Source: an uncultured Chlamydiae bacterium
Lineage (GTDB): Bacteria; Chlamydiota; Chlamydiia; Chlamydiales; Parachlamydiaceae
NCBI GenBank assembly: GCA_963830365.1
Contig: CAWHMU010000001.1
Location: forward strand, 1 to 15,684
DNA: 15,684 nucleotides
Direction of reading: 5' to 3'
Within the stretch, counting starts at the first letter, position 1; each line of letters starts with the position of its first letter. This document shows positions 1-8,087 of this stretch, in pieces. The notes under the pieces were generated by a model, which had not been told where the DNA came from, did no database searches, and saw nothing but the letters and a program-made list of their open reading frames with translations. The position numbers and the translations under genes are program-made.

Positions 1-18
1 GAGACAATTGCATAAGTG
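1..18. repeat. IS terminal inverted repeat (downstream end)
   Basis: GAGACAATTGCATAAGTG, inverted copy at 1446-1463. Confidence 0.9.
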
Positions 19-229
19 TTTTGCGTTTTATACAGCGATTTTGCGCCGGAAAAGTTTTATAATTTTCCAACGATGCGATTCTAGATGCGTTAGAACGCAG
101 AAAATATGGGGTCGTTCAAGGGGACAACTGCAAAATAATTTATGAGGCTTGTCTATGGGGAGATTTTGACTGTTTTTGAGCAGGAGGTATCCTTGTCGAT
201 ATCCAGCACAAACGCATCGCTTTTATTGC

Positions 230-1354
230 TTAAAGAAAGCTTATGATTGTCGAAGCAGCAACGGTTAAAATGCCAAACATTACATGGCACGACACCTTGG
301 CGTGGCCTCTATAAAAGATGGATCGTCCTCCATTGTAGTCTTTGTACAAGGCGTTGAAACGTTCCTTTGGTAATCTTTCCCGGTATCTTTTTTCCTCTGC
401 CGTTTTGAAGTTTATAAGCCTTCTTCGTTCTTGTTCCGTTTCCTTCTCAATTTTTTGTGCACTGCTGTGAGGGCATTGATCAATCAAAGGAACATGTCCA
501 AGGGAAATACTATGTTCTTTTATTTCAGGATGATCATATGCAGCATCCATTAGATCATATAAATTTATCACAACTTGGTGTGATTTCAATGCTAATGGTA
601 TCGCTGCTTCGCAGTCATTTAAAGAAGCTGATGTAATAATAACTGCCAAGGGAACACACTGATCATCTACAGCAACATGTAATTTGTATCCTTTCCAAAT
701 CATTGTATAACCCTGAGCGCTCTTTTTCATACCTTTGTCACAATGCTTTGGTAGGTCTCTCGTCATGTGGTCTAAATTATTTTCTTTTAGTTGTTTTTGC
801 CTACGGTTTAGTTCCCCTGCTTTTTTTGCCTTGCGCCTTATATCCTTCAATTTACGTTTTTTTATGGAAGCTTTTTTAAAATGTTTTTCACGAACCTCTA
901 AGGGTGTTGAATCTATAACTACGTGACCGACTATCTGGTCTTTATATGTTGCTTTGATTAGTGATTGATGAACTTTATCTGGTAATGTCGTACTAGCAAA
1001 CTCTTTAAAAGCCCTCGAGAACTTTGATTCTGACGGGATTTTTGAACCAGCACTGAATCCACAGATTTCTCGTAACTGATTGTCTTTTTTAAGATATTCA
1101 ACCAATTGCTTGGTATAGGTAATCTTGAAAACTATCTTTGCAATGAATGCTCTGGCAATAGCACATCTATCTTTACGAGGTCTTCCATCGTTGAATCTCG
1201 TCGAAGGAATAAACTCTTCGATACACACCAATTCTAAAATAGCTATCAATCGTTTATGGGTTTTAGACAACTCTCCTAGCGATTCTTCCATCTTAGGGAA
1301 AAGAGTGTATTGGACATTAGACCAGAATTTTGATAAAGTTTCTCTGAAAGACAT
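230..1354 (-). CDS. DDE transposase (DUF772-like N-terminus + DDE_Tnp_1-like domain), 374 aa from the ATG at 1354
   Basis: Motifs VIDST, GYKLH, MDAAYD and the Y-x2-R-x3-E-x6-K signature (YRERLPKERFNALYK). GAGGGAG Shine-Dalgarno precedes the ATG at 1354, favouring it over 1393. Confidence 0.9.
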   Translation of the reverse strand: MSFRETLSKFWSNVQYTLFPKMEESLGELSKTHKRLIAILELVCIEEFIPSTRFNDGRPRKDRCAIARAFIAKIVFKITYTKQLVEYLKKDNQLREICGFSAGSKIPSESKFSRAFKEFASTTLPDKVHQSLIKATYKDQIVGHVVIDSTPLEVREKHFKKASIKKRKLKDIRRKAKKAGELNRRQKQLKENNLDHMTRDLPKHCDKGMKKSAQGYTMIWKGYKLHVAVDDQCVPLAVIITSASLNDCEAAIPLALKSHQVVINLYDLMDAAYDHPEIKEHSISLGHVPLIDQCPHSSAQKIEKETEQERRRLINFKTAEEKRYRERLPKERFNALYKDYNGGRSIFYRGHAKVSCHVMFGILTVAASTIISFL

Positions 1355-1445
1355 TTTTGGCTCCCTCGGTACTGAGTTTGTAAGAAGCCTCATAATACCT
1401 TGTGGAGCCTTTTTATTGCAATGATTATTTAAAATAATATATTGT

Positions 1446-1463
1446 CACTTCTGCAATTGTCTC
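1446..1463. repeat. IS terminal inverted repeat (upstream end)
   Basis: CACTTCTGCAATTGTCTC, 17/18 match to the revcomp of 1-18. Confidence 0.9.
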
Positions 1464-1631
1464 TAGGGGTTCTTCTCTTTTTCATTTTTCGGACAAAATT
1501 AAACCAATGGCTGATAACGAGTCCTACAAAACCGGATGAGCCGCATCTAAGCCCAAAATGATAATGTGACCCAACAATATTTGACCCCAAATTTGAGAGT
1601 GGGGTTTCATTCAGTAATTGGGATGAGGCCT

Positions 1632-2111
1632 GGGCTGTCAAAAAGTTCAAAAATCGCCATTGGATACTGGTGTCCATTTCTATTCCATTTCATCAAAGGG
1701 TCACTTTGTAAGTTGTGCTCCAGGCTGAATGTCTGGTTTTTAAAAGCCCAGCCTCAAAACGCTGTAGGCGTTGCTGAGGCTGGGTATGCGAATCAATCCA
1801 TAGTACACTGTAAGTGTGCTGTTTAGTGTGTTTTTCTGCACGATTTAGTTCTTATTAAACATCGGAGAAAGATCTATACAGCACGTCTACAACGTGCCAT
1901 GCGCTAACTACCAACCCAGCCTCTGCAACACTTACAGCGTTTTGAGGCATGGGCTCTCATGTACCGGACCTTCGGTCTGATCCGCAATACAGGATCCATC
2001 TTGCCTGAATTCCAGTCTTTTTTAGATGCAGATATCAATTTTTAACTGAAGAGAAGCAGATTCGTTTATAAAAAAGTCGTTAAGATACAATATTGAACTT
2101 TGAGACAGCCC
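1632..2111. mobile_element. Non-autonomous MITE-like element (~480 bp)
   Basis: Terminal IRs GGGCTGTCAAAAAGTTCAA (1632-1650) and TTGAACTTTGAGACAGCCC (2093-2111), 17/19 matching. Flanked on both sides by AGGCCT (1626-1631, 2112-2117), a candidate TSD; the alternative reading is a GGCC TSD with ends at 1631/2112. No credible transposase inside. Confidence 0.75.
1721..1979 (+). repeat. Internal ~65-bp imperfect inverted repeat within the MITE
   Basis: 1721-1785 pairs with 1914-1979 with one bulge and five G-U pairs on the + strand. Each arm also contains its own hairpin (CCCAGCCTCA...TGAGGCTGGG at 1747-1784). Confidence 0.85.
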
Positions 2112-2158
2112 AGGCCTGACCCCAAAGTAACGAAATTAATCCAATAGCCTAGGTGTAT

Positions 2159-2323
2159 GTATACTGCAGCCGGCATCAACATTCGATTTATGAACGCATC
2201 TTTTCTCGCCGAAATGTCGTTTCAAAAGCGAGCCTACAATTATGTGTGTCACGCTTTCAAATCGACATTTCGGCGAAAAAATCTACATCCATAAATCGAA
2301 TGTTGATGCCGGCTGCAGTATAC
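2159..2323. repeat. 165-bp palindromic element (MITE-like or RPE-like)
   Basis: 72-bp arms 2159-2230 and 2252-2323, 63/72 complementary with the outer 34 bp perfect, 21-nt loop. Can be read as TA-[TACTGCAG...CTGCAGTA]-TA, which resembles IS630/Tc1-type TA-flanked ends. Confidence 0.85.
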
Positions 2324-2370
2324 CTGTTTTTCTAGCGATCTTGATGTGTATGTCGATTACCCGCTGCCTA

Positions 2371-2395
2371 CTCTGTGTCTCGGTGCCTCTGTGGT
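2371..2395. repeat. Short CTCTGTG-type intergenic repeat (CTCTGTGTCTCGGTGCCTCTGTGGT)
   Basis: Three CTCTGTG-like units at 8-9-nt period, 7 bp beyond the stop codon of the 605-aa gene. Confidence 0.5.
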
Positions 2396-2402
2396 GGAAT
2401 TT

Positions 2403-4220
2403 TTACAGCATAGACCTATGCAGGCTGTGCAAAGGCTGTGGTGAGGGCAGCAGAGAGGGCTGGCCGGCGAGGATGGGGCTGAGGTAGGCCTCGTCGTCCT
2501 TCAGACGGAAGCAGGAGAATATATCAAAATTGTGCCTGCGATAGTGGATGAGGCGCCTGCCAAAATTTGTCAATTGGCGCTCGAGGGGATCGTCGCTATA
2601 GTAAAGGGTATCTTTCTTGCAGTCATCAAACTGGTAGGCTTCCAGGGCTGACATATCGAAAGGTTGGAAGCAGCCGGCCATGGTCCAGGAGGCATGTTTT
2701 TTTCCCCAGTTGGCCATCTGTTCGATTTTTCCCAGCAAGGCGCGTCCGGCGTACATGCCGTCGGGGAGAAAGGGACCTAGCATCAGTATGGCGGCAGAGG
2801 TGATTTTGATGGCCAGGCCATAAAGAGGAGTTCTAACGATATCGGCCAGGGATTTAAGCATATTTTTCAGGCCATCCTGTTTTGACTGCCGGCGGTGGCG
2901 GGTTTGGCTGATTTCATAGAGTAGGGGGGCGACGACGGACAAGTGGTAAATGGTTTTTAAAGCGGTGTGGATGGGTCTTAGGATGAGTTGTGCCAGGCAC
3001 TTGGCGTAAATCTTGGCAGGCTTGTCGTCGAGATAGAAGTTCCATGCTTTTCGGTCGATGGCGGCGGCGTAGGTGTGTTTGAGGATTGTGCCCTGTTTAT
3101 TCTGTTCATGCCAGGTGAGCAGCAGGCGCGCCCAGCGTTCACTTGTGGGTGAAGGCAGGATGTATTTTTGAAGGGGGGCAAGATGCAGCGCGCGCCAGCA
3201 TTCGTCGGCAGGAGTGAGTGGACGGTTGCAGGGAGAAAGGTAAAGATGCATATTTAGCTTTTGAGCAAGTGGTGCGCTTAATCGATTTCCGTCGGCATCT
3301 GAAAAGTAATTATTGTTAATTCGGGGCTGCAGACTTCTGTAGAAACTGTAGGGATTTGGGGAATCTATAGTTTCAAGATCCAGAAGCAGCCGGGTGATTT
3401 TTTTATGTATTTGCTGTGATCTTGTGGTAGAGGTAGAGGTAGATTGAGGAGTACTGTTTGCGGTCAAGATGTCTTGAGCAGCCATATTAACTTGGATATC
3501 AGTAGCCATTAGTAAGGGTGCATGGCTGGACGGGCTGGGGGTAAGTCTTTTTGACAGAAGCCAGGCAGGAGAGGCTAGTGTGAAAGGTGATACGGAGAGG
3601 TGATGGGATTGGGGTCTAGGAGCAGATAATCTAGAAGGTGTGGTGAAATTGGAAGAGGGAGATCGAGAGGTGCTGATTGCGGCCAAGACGCCTTGAGCAG
3701 CCATACTAACTTGGGTGTCATTACCCCTTTGACAGGGGTCATGGCTGGACGGGCTGGGAGTGATTTTTTTTGACGGAAGCCTAGCTGGAGGGGCTAGTGT
3801 AAAAGGTGATATGGAGAGGTGATGGGATTGGGGTCTAGGAGCTGGTATTCTAGAAGGTGTGGTGAAATTGGAAGAGGTAGATTGAGGAGTGTTGTTTGCG
3901 GCTAAGACACCTTGAGCAGCCATATTAACTTGGATATCAGAGGCCCTTTGGCAGGGGGTGTGGCTGGACGGCCTGGGAGTAAGTTTTTTTGATGGAAGCC
4001 TGGCAGGATCGGCTAGTGTAAAAGGCGATTCGGAGAGGTTATGGGATGGGGGTCTAGGAGTAGGTGTTCTAGGAGGTGTGGTGTAATTGGAAGAGGGAGT
4101 GGGGGATCTAGCTGGTGTTGGTGGCAAAGAAGAAGTTGGTGATATGGACCAAGAGGCAGGAAAGTTGTGTAGGCCTTCGGGTATAGTTGTTGATATAATT
4201 GCTGATATGTTTATTGACAT
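2403..4220 (-). CDS. Hypothetical 605-aa protein: disordered Pro/Ser/Thr-rich repeat N-terminus, globular and partly hydrophobic C-terminus; candidate secreted effector
   Basis: Long open frame, in-frame 73-aa repeats, hydrophobic stretch LYGLAIKITSAAILMLGPFLP. Lies 16 bp after the upstream gene, suggesting an operon. Confidence 0.8.
   Translation of the reverse strand: MSINISAIISTTIPEGLHNFPASWSISPTSSLPPTPARSPTPSSNYTTPPRTPTPRPPSHNLSESPFTLADPARLPSKKLTPRPSSHTPCQRASDIQVNMAAQGVLAANNTPQSTSSNFTTPSRIPAPRPQSHHLSISPFTLAPPARLPSKKITPSPSSHDPCQRGNDTQVSMAAQGVLAAISTSRSPSSNFTTPSRLSAPRPQSHHLSVSPFTLASPAWLLSKRLTPSPSSHAPLLMATDIQVNMAAQDILTANSTPQSTSTSTTRSQQIHKKITRLLLDLETIDSPNPYSFYRSLQPRINNNYFSDADGNRLSAPLAQKLNMHLYLSPCNRPLTPADECWRALHLAPLQKYILPSPTSERWARLLLTWHEQNKQGTILKHTYAAAIDRKAWNFYLDDKPAKIYAKCLAQLILRPIHTALKTIYHLSVVAPLLYEISQTRHRRQSKQDGLKNMLKSLADIVRTPLYGLAIKITSAAILMLGPFLPDGMYAGRALLGKIEQMANWGKKHASWTMAGCFQPFDMSALEAYQFDDCKKDTLYYSDDPLERQLTNFGRRLIHYRRHNFDIFSCFRLKDDEAYLSPILAGQPSLLPSPQPLHSLHRSML
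3439..4095 (-). repeat. Three tandem 219-bp (73-aa) coding repeats
   Basis: Units begin SSN(Y/F)TTP and end near MAAQ(G/D)(V/I)L. The DNA anchor AATTGGAAGAG ends at 3657, 3876 and 4095 (period 219). Confidence 0.95.
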
Positions 4221-4236
4221 GATGAGTATGCTCTTT

Positions 4237-4713
4237 TTAAAAGTTATGTGGTGTTGTTCGTTTGGTTATGATTGTATCGAGTTGTTTAATTTCTTGGGAT
4301 GTTTCTTGCACGATTTGGGCAGCTTTGGCAGCTAATTGCTGCATGGCATTTAGACGAACTGCTCTGTTTCTTCTTAATTCTGCCAATGTTTTCTTTTGCA
4401 GCTCATCTTTCTGGTTGTAAAGTTTAAGCAATTCGAATTTAAGATCCATGAGTTTGCAGATGTCGTTGATATCGGCATAGGTTTTAACAAGATCTTTTTT
4501 AGAAGCTTCTGCAGCCTGTTTTACGCGGGCATCTTCGGCCTGCAGAAAAGCCCTATGGGCGGCGAGGAGGGGGCTTGTAGCGGGATCTTGAGTGGCGTCA
4601 GGGAAATCGTTTTTAAGCTCATCTAGGCGGGGTTTCTCTTCATGTTCATTTCCGTCTGTGGATGAGGACTCGTGGGGTAGGCAGGAAGGGTCATGCGTAT
4701 CGGGAGGTAACAT
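4237..4713 (-). CDS. Hypothetical 158-aa protein, predicted coiled coil
   Basis: ATG with GGGA upstream, Leu/Glu/Lys/Gln heptad-like C-terminal half, tight co-directional packing with neighbours. Confidence 0.7.
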   Translation of the reverse strand: MLPPDTHDPSCLPHESSSTDGNEHEEKPRLDELKNDFPDATQDPATSPLLAAHRAFLQAEDARVKQAAEASKKDLVKTYADINDICKLMDLKFELLKLYNQKDELQKKTLAELRRNRAVRLNAMQQLAAKAAQIVQETSQEIKQLDTIITKRTTPHNF

Positions 4714-4728
4714 AATCTGTCCCTATAT

Positions 4729-5289
4729 TTATTGGTTATAGGTCAGTTCATCGCGCCTTAGACACTGGTTTAAGGAATGGGAACGGATATTTTGTATCAA
4801 TTTTTCTATACGCAGCTTTAAAATTCGATAGTCGATATTACTGTCTTTAAGGCAAAGGGCAGCTTGCTGGCGTTCCAGGCGAAATTCCTCGTCGAGCAGG
4901 GGCCATTTATCTCCCCCGATTTGCGCACATTCAGCCAGGCTTTGTTTGACGCCATCCATTTCTGTATCACACCCCGCGATCTCTTGTCTAAGGGCTGCTT
5001 TTTCTGCTTCAAGAGCTCTTTGCTTCATATCAAAGATGTCAAGACCTTGTTTTTCTTCCCTCTCACCAGCCGATAAGCGCGTTGATCTTTCCCTTAAAGG
5101 AGTTGTCGATGCCGGTGGGTGATCGGCATCGCTATGCGGTGGATGGAAAATGATAAGGTAAGGTTTAGGCGTCTTGGCGCTAGCGGTGAGTGATCTGTAA
5201 GGGATTTTTTTGGGAGATGCCTTAGGAGTTGATATGCGCCAATGTGAATAGTCCAAGTTGAAATTGGCCTGATGCTTTAACGGAGACAT
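4729..5289 (-). CDS. Hypothetical 186-aa protein, disordered N-terminus plus coiled coil
   Basis: ATG start 72 bp after topA, Pro/Ser-rich N-terminus, then heptad-like segment (DMKQRALEAEKAALRQEIAGCDTEMDGVKQSL). Confidence 0.7.
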   Translation of the reverse strand: MSPLKHQANFNLDYSHWRISTPKASPKKIPYRSLTASAKTPKPYLIIFHPPHSDADHPPASTTPLRERSTRLSAGEREEKQGLDIFDMKQRALEAEKAALRQEIAGCDTEMDGVKQSLAECAQIGGDKWPLLDEEFRLERQQAALCLKDSNIDYRILKLRIEKLIQNIRSHSLNQCLRRDELTYNQ

Positions 5290-5315
5290 TATATCAGTTC
5301 CATTTTAGGGGAAAC

Positions 5316-5339
5316 ATACCAGGATCTGCATCCTGGTAT
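5316..5339 (-). terminator. Stem-loop downstream of topA, possible weak intrinsic terminator
   Basis: Perfect 10-bp stem ATACCAGGAT/ATCCTGGTAT with 4-nt loop, 22 bp past the topA stop; only a short GTTT follows on the - strand. Confidence 0.5.
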
Positions 5340-5361
5340 AAGTCTCTGGGTCTTAAAACAT

Positions 5362-8046
5362 TTATTCTTTGCTCATGTGTTTGCCGATGATGCCGGCTAA
5401 TTTAAACATATCGACAGGTTCATCTCCGCCAAAGACTTTGGCTAACGTGGCATCAGGGCGGATGAGGCGTTTGTTGGCCGGATCCTGCAGGTCATGGGTG
5501 CGAATATAATCCCAGAGCTTCTTAAGGACCTCGCCGCGCGGCATGCTGTCGCTGCCGACGACACCGGCAAGTTCTTTGGAGATGTGCAGGGCCGGCATGA
5601 TACGGGCTTTCTTTTCGGCAGGGGCTTTTTTGACGGCCTTGGCAGTAGCGGCTTTGGTAGTTTTCTTGGCAGGCTTTTCGGCAGTTTTATCTGTGGCAGC
5701 TGGCTTGGCGGTTTTGGCAGCTTTTACGGCTTTGGCGCCTTTGGCAGAAGTTTTTGTGTCGGCTTTGGCGGCTTTGCCTTTTTTGGGTTTTTTGATGTAG
5801 GCCGTGCGTGGATGGCTGGGATATTTGGTGGCCAGCTGTGAGATGTCATTGACGATGACATCGCATTCGGGGAAGGTGGAGCAGGAGTAGAACGTTTTGC
5901 CGAAGCGCGACTTGCGTCCGACCATGTGCCCTGGGCAGTCGATGGCGGGGCATGGAGCTGCATCTTTAGCATCCACTATGGCTTCGCCTTTTTTGGGGAT
6001 GTTGACGATGCCTTTGCATTCCGGGTAGCCGGTGCAGCCTAGGAAGGGGCCGAATCTGCCGTGGCGCAGTTTCATGGGTTTTTGGCAGATGGGGCATTTC
6101 TGATCCCAGTCGAAGTCTGAGGCATATTCATCCTTATTGAATTCCAATTCTTCGATTTGAGAAGAGAAAGAGCAGTCGGGATAGCGTGAGCAGCCATAGA
6201 AGTATTTGGATTTGAACCAGATTTTCTGCAGTTTGGAGCCGCAGACGGGGCAGTCGAGATCGGTAAGGATTTTGGGGACGAAGCCTTCTTTTTCGGCCAG
6301 TTCTACGGTGGGGAGGAATTTGACCCAGAAATCGCTGAGTAGTTTCTTCCAGTCTTTGCGGTTTTCGGCCACCAGTTCCAGATCATCTTCCATGAGTGCG
6401 GTGAAGCTGATATTCATGATTTCCTGGAAGTTATTTTCCAGCAGCAGGGTGACGACGCGTCCGGTCTCGGTGGGTTTCAAGCGACCGCTTTCCTTGACGG
6501 TATATTCGCGCCCCTGGATTTTGCTCATGATGCTGACGTAAGTTGATGGTCGGCCGATGCCGGATTTCTCCAGTTCTTTTACCAGCGAAGCTTCGGTATA
6601 GCGTGGAGGCGGGCGGGTGAAGGCCTGGTCGGCGCTGACATCGAGCAGGTTCAGCACCATGCCTTCTTCGAGGGCTGGGAGGGTGCGGTTTTCGTCGTCC
6701 TTGCTGTCGTCATCATTTCTTTCTTCATAGACGGCCAGGAAGCCTTGGAATTTCATTTGTGAGCCGGTGGCGCGCACAGTGATGCCGTCGCTGCCGCCGG
6801 CGATATCAGCCGAGACTGTATCGTAGATGGCGGGCATCATCTGTGAGGCCAGGAAGCGCCGCCAGATCAGTTGGTAGAGCATGAATTGTTCGCGTGACAG
6901 AAAGGACTGAATGGCTTCTGGGGCATGGGCGAGGTTGGTGGGGCGGATACCTTCGTGAGCATCCTGGGCGGCTTTTTGAGTGTGGTAGACTTTAGGTTGA
7001 GCTGGGAGGAAGTCGTTGCCATATGTTTTTAGGATATATTGGCGCAGTTCTTCGATGGCCTCGGGCACAATGCGTACCGAGTCGGTACGCATGTAGGTGA
7101 TCAAGCCTTCGGTGCCTTCATTGCCGAGGTCGACGCCTTCATAGAGGGATTGGGCGATATTCATCGTTTTGGCCGAGGAGAAGCCATAGTGGCGGCTGGC
7201 TTCCTGCTGGAGGGTGGAAGTGATGAATGGCGGCACGGGATTGCGCCTTTTTTCTTTTTTCTCGACGCTTAAGACTTTGTAAGGCGTCTTTTTCATACGT
7301 GCCACGATGATCTCGGCGGCGTCCTTATTATTTATGATCTCGGTGTCTTTGCCTTCGGTCGGCTCTTTTTCGATGCGTTTGCTATCGACGCTATGCAGCG
7401 AGGCGGTGAAGTTGCGCTCTTCTTGGGCTGTTTTGAGGATGGCGGCCAGATTCCAGTATTCGACAGGTTTGAAAGCTTCGATTTCCTTTTCCCTATCGAC
7501 GACAAGTTTCAAGGCTACGGACTGCACGCGGCCGGCGGAGACGGAGGAGTCTTTGCCGCGTTGGATGCGCCGATTAAGGATGGGTGATATTTTATAGCCG
7601 ACCATGCGGTCGAGCAGGCGTCTGGCTTGCTGGGCGTTGACCAGGGCGATGTCGATTTCTTTAGGATCGGCCAGGGCTTTTAGAACCACGTCTTTGGTGA
7701 TGGAATTGAAGGCGACGCGTTTGATATTGGTGTTTGGGGGGAGGATTTCGCTGATATGCCAGGCGATGGCTTCTCCTTCGCGGTCGGGGTCGGGGGATAG
7801 GTAGACGGTATCGCACTGTTTGGCGGCTTTGATCAGGCGGGCGATGACCTGTTCTTTGTCAGGCATCACCACATATTTTGGGGTGAAGTCGTGCTCGACA
7901 TCGATGCCGAATTCTTTAGTGGGCAGATCGCGAATATGACCGTAAGAAGATTCTACGATATATTGGGGCCCAAGAAATTTCAGCAAAGTTTTGATTTTCG
8001 AGGGTGACTCTACGATGATTAATGATTTACCCGACGATTTAGCCAT
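5362..8046 (-). CDS. topA: DNA topoisomerase I (type IA) with zinc ribbons, Lys/Ala-rich linker and C-terminal SWIB/MDM2 domain
   Basis: Toprim motifs IIVESPSK, GHIRDLP, DPDREGEAIAWH; SAGRVQS; catalytic ITYMRTDS; GIGRPSTY; three C4 zinc ribbons; SWIB-like tail ISKELAGVVG...RGEVLKKLWDYIRTHDLQDPANKRLIRPD. Confidence 0.98.
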   Translation of the reverse strand: MAKSSGKSLIIVESPSKIKTLLKFLGPQYIVESSYGHIRDLPTKEFGIDVEHDFTPKYVVMPDKEQVIARLIKAAKQCDTVYLSPDPDREGEAIAWHISEILPPNTNIKRVAFNSITKDVVLKALADPKEIDIALVNAQQARRLLDRMVGYKISPILNRRIQRGKDSSVSAGRVQSVALKLVVDREKEIEAFKPVEYWNLAAILKTAQEERNFTASLHSVDSKRIEKEPTEGKDTEIINNKDAAEIIVARMKKTPYKVLSVEKKEKRRNPVPPFITSTLQQEASRHYGFSSAKTMNIAQSLYEGVDLGNEGTEGLITYMRTDSVRIVPEAIEELRQYILKTYGNDFLPAQPKVYHTQKAAQDAHEGIRPTNLAHAPEAIQSFLSREQFMLYQLIWRRFLASQMMPAIYDTVSADIAGGSDGITVRATGSQMKFQGFLAVYEERNDDDSKDDENRTLPALEEGMVLNLLDVSADQAFTRPPPRYTEASLVKELEKSGIGRPSTYVSIMSKIQGREYTVKESGRLKPTETGRVVTLLLENNFQEIMNISFTALMEDDLELVAENRKDWKKLLSDFWVKFLPTVELAEKEGFVPKILTDLDCPVCGSKLQKIWFKSKYFYGCSRYPDCSFSSQIEELEFNKDEYASDFDWDQKCPICQKPMKLRHGRFGPFLGCTGYPECKGIVNIPKKGEAIVDAKDAAPCPAIDCPGHMVGRKSRFGKTFYSCSTFPECDVIVNDISQLATKYPSHPRTAYIKKPKKGKAAKADTKTSAKGAKAVKAAKTAKPAATDKTAEKPAKKTTKAATAKAVKKAPAEKKARIMPALHISKELAGVVGSDSMPRGEVLKKLWDYIRTHDLQDPANKRLIRPDATLAKVFGGDEPVDMFKLAGIIGKHMSKE

Positions 8047-8087
8047 TTAAATAATTCTCCTTAAAACCGAATCCAATATCCTAATTC

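Larger units (their letters stand above)
1..1463 (-). mobile_element. Complete insertion sequence, IS1182/IS5-like (IS4 superfamily, DDE)
   Basis: 18-bp terminal inverted repeats GAGACAATTGCATAAGTG (1-18) and revcomp of 1446-1463 GAGACAATTGCAGAAGTG (17/18 identical) enclose one transposase ORF. Visibly more AT-rich than the core genes. The target-site duplication cannot be checked because the left flank is outside the window. Confidence 0.9.

Noticed and set aside
1355..1393. Longer transposase start at 1393
   Set aside because: The Shine-Dalgarno sequence sits before the ATG at 1354, and the extra 13 codons lack an obvious RBS.
1540..2400. Possible CRISPR array
   Set aside because: The repeats are inverted or irregular with no repeat-spacer periodicity, and no cas genes are present.
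1429..2487. Short ORFs 1429-1677, 1566-1826, 2153-2335 and 2242-2487
   Set aside because: They cross element boundaries or run through palindromes and have no recognisable motifs or RBS.
3439..4095. 219-bp repeats as DGR template/variable repeats or CRISPR
   Set aside because: They are in-frame tandem coding repeats, differences are not adenine-specific, and there is no reverse transcriptase gene.
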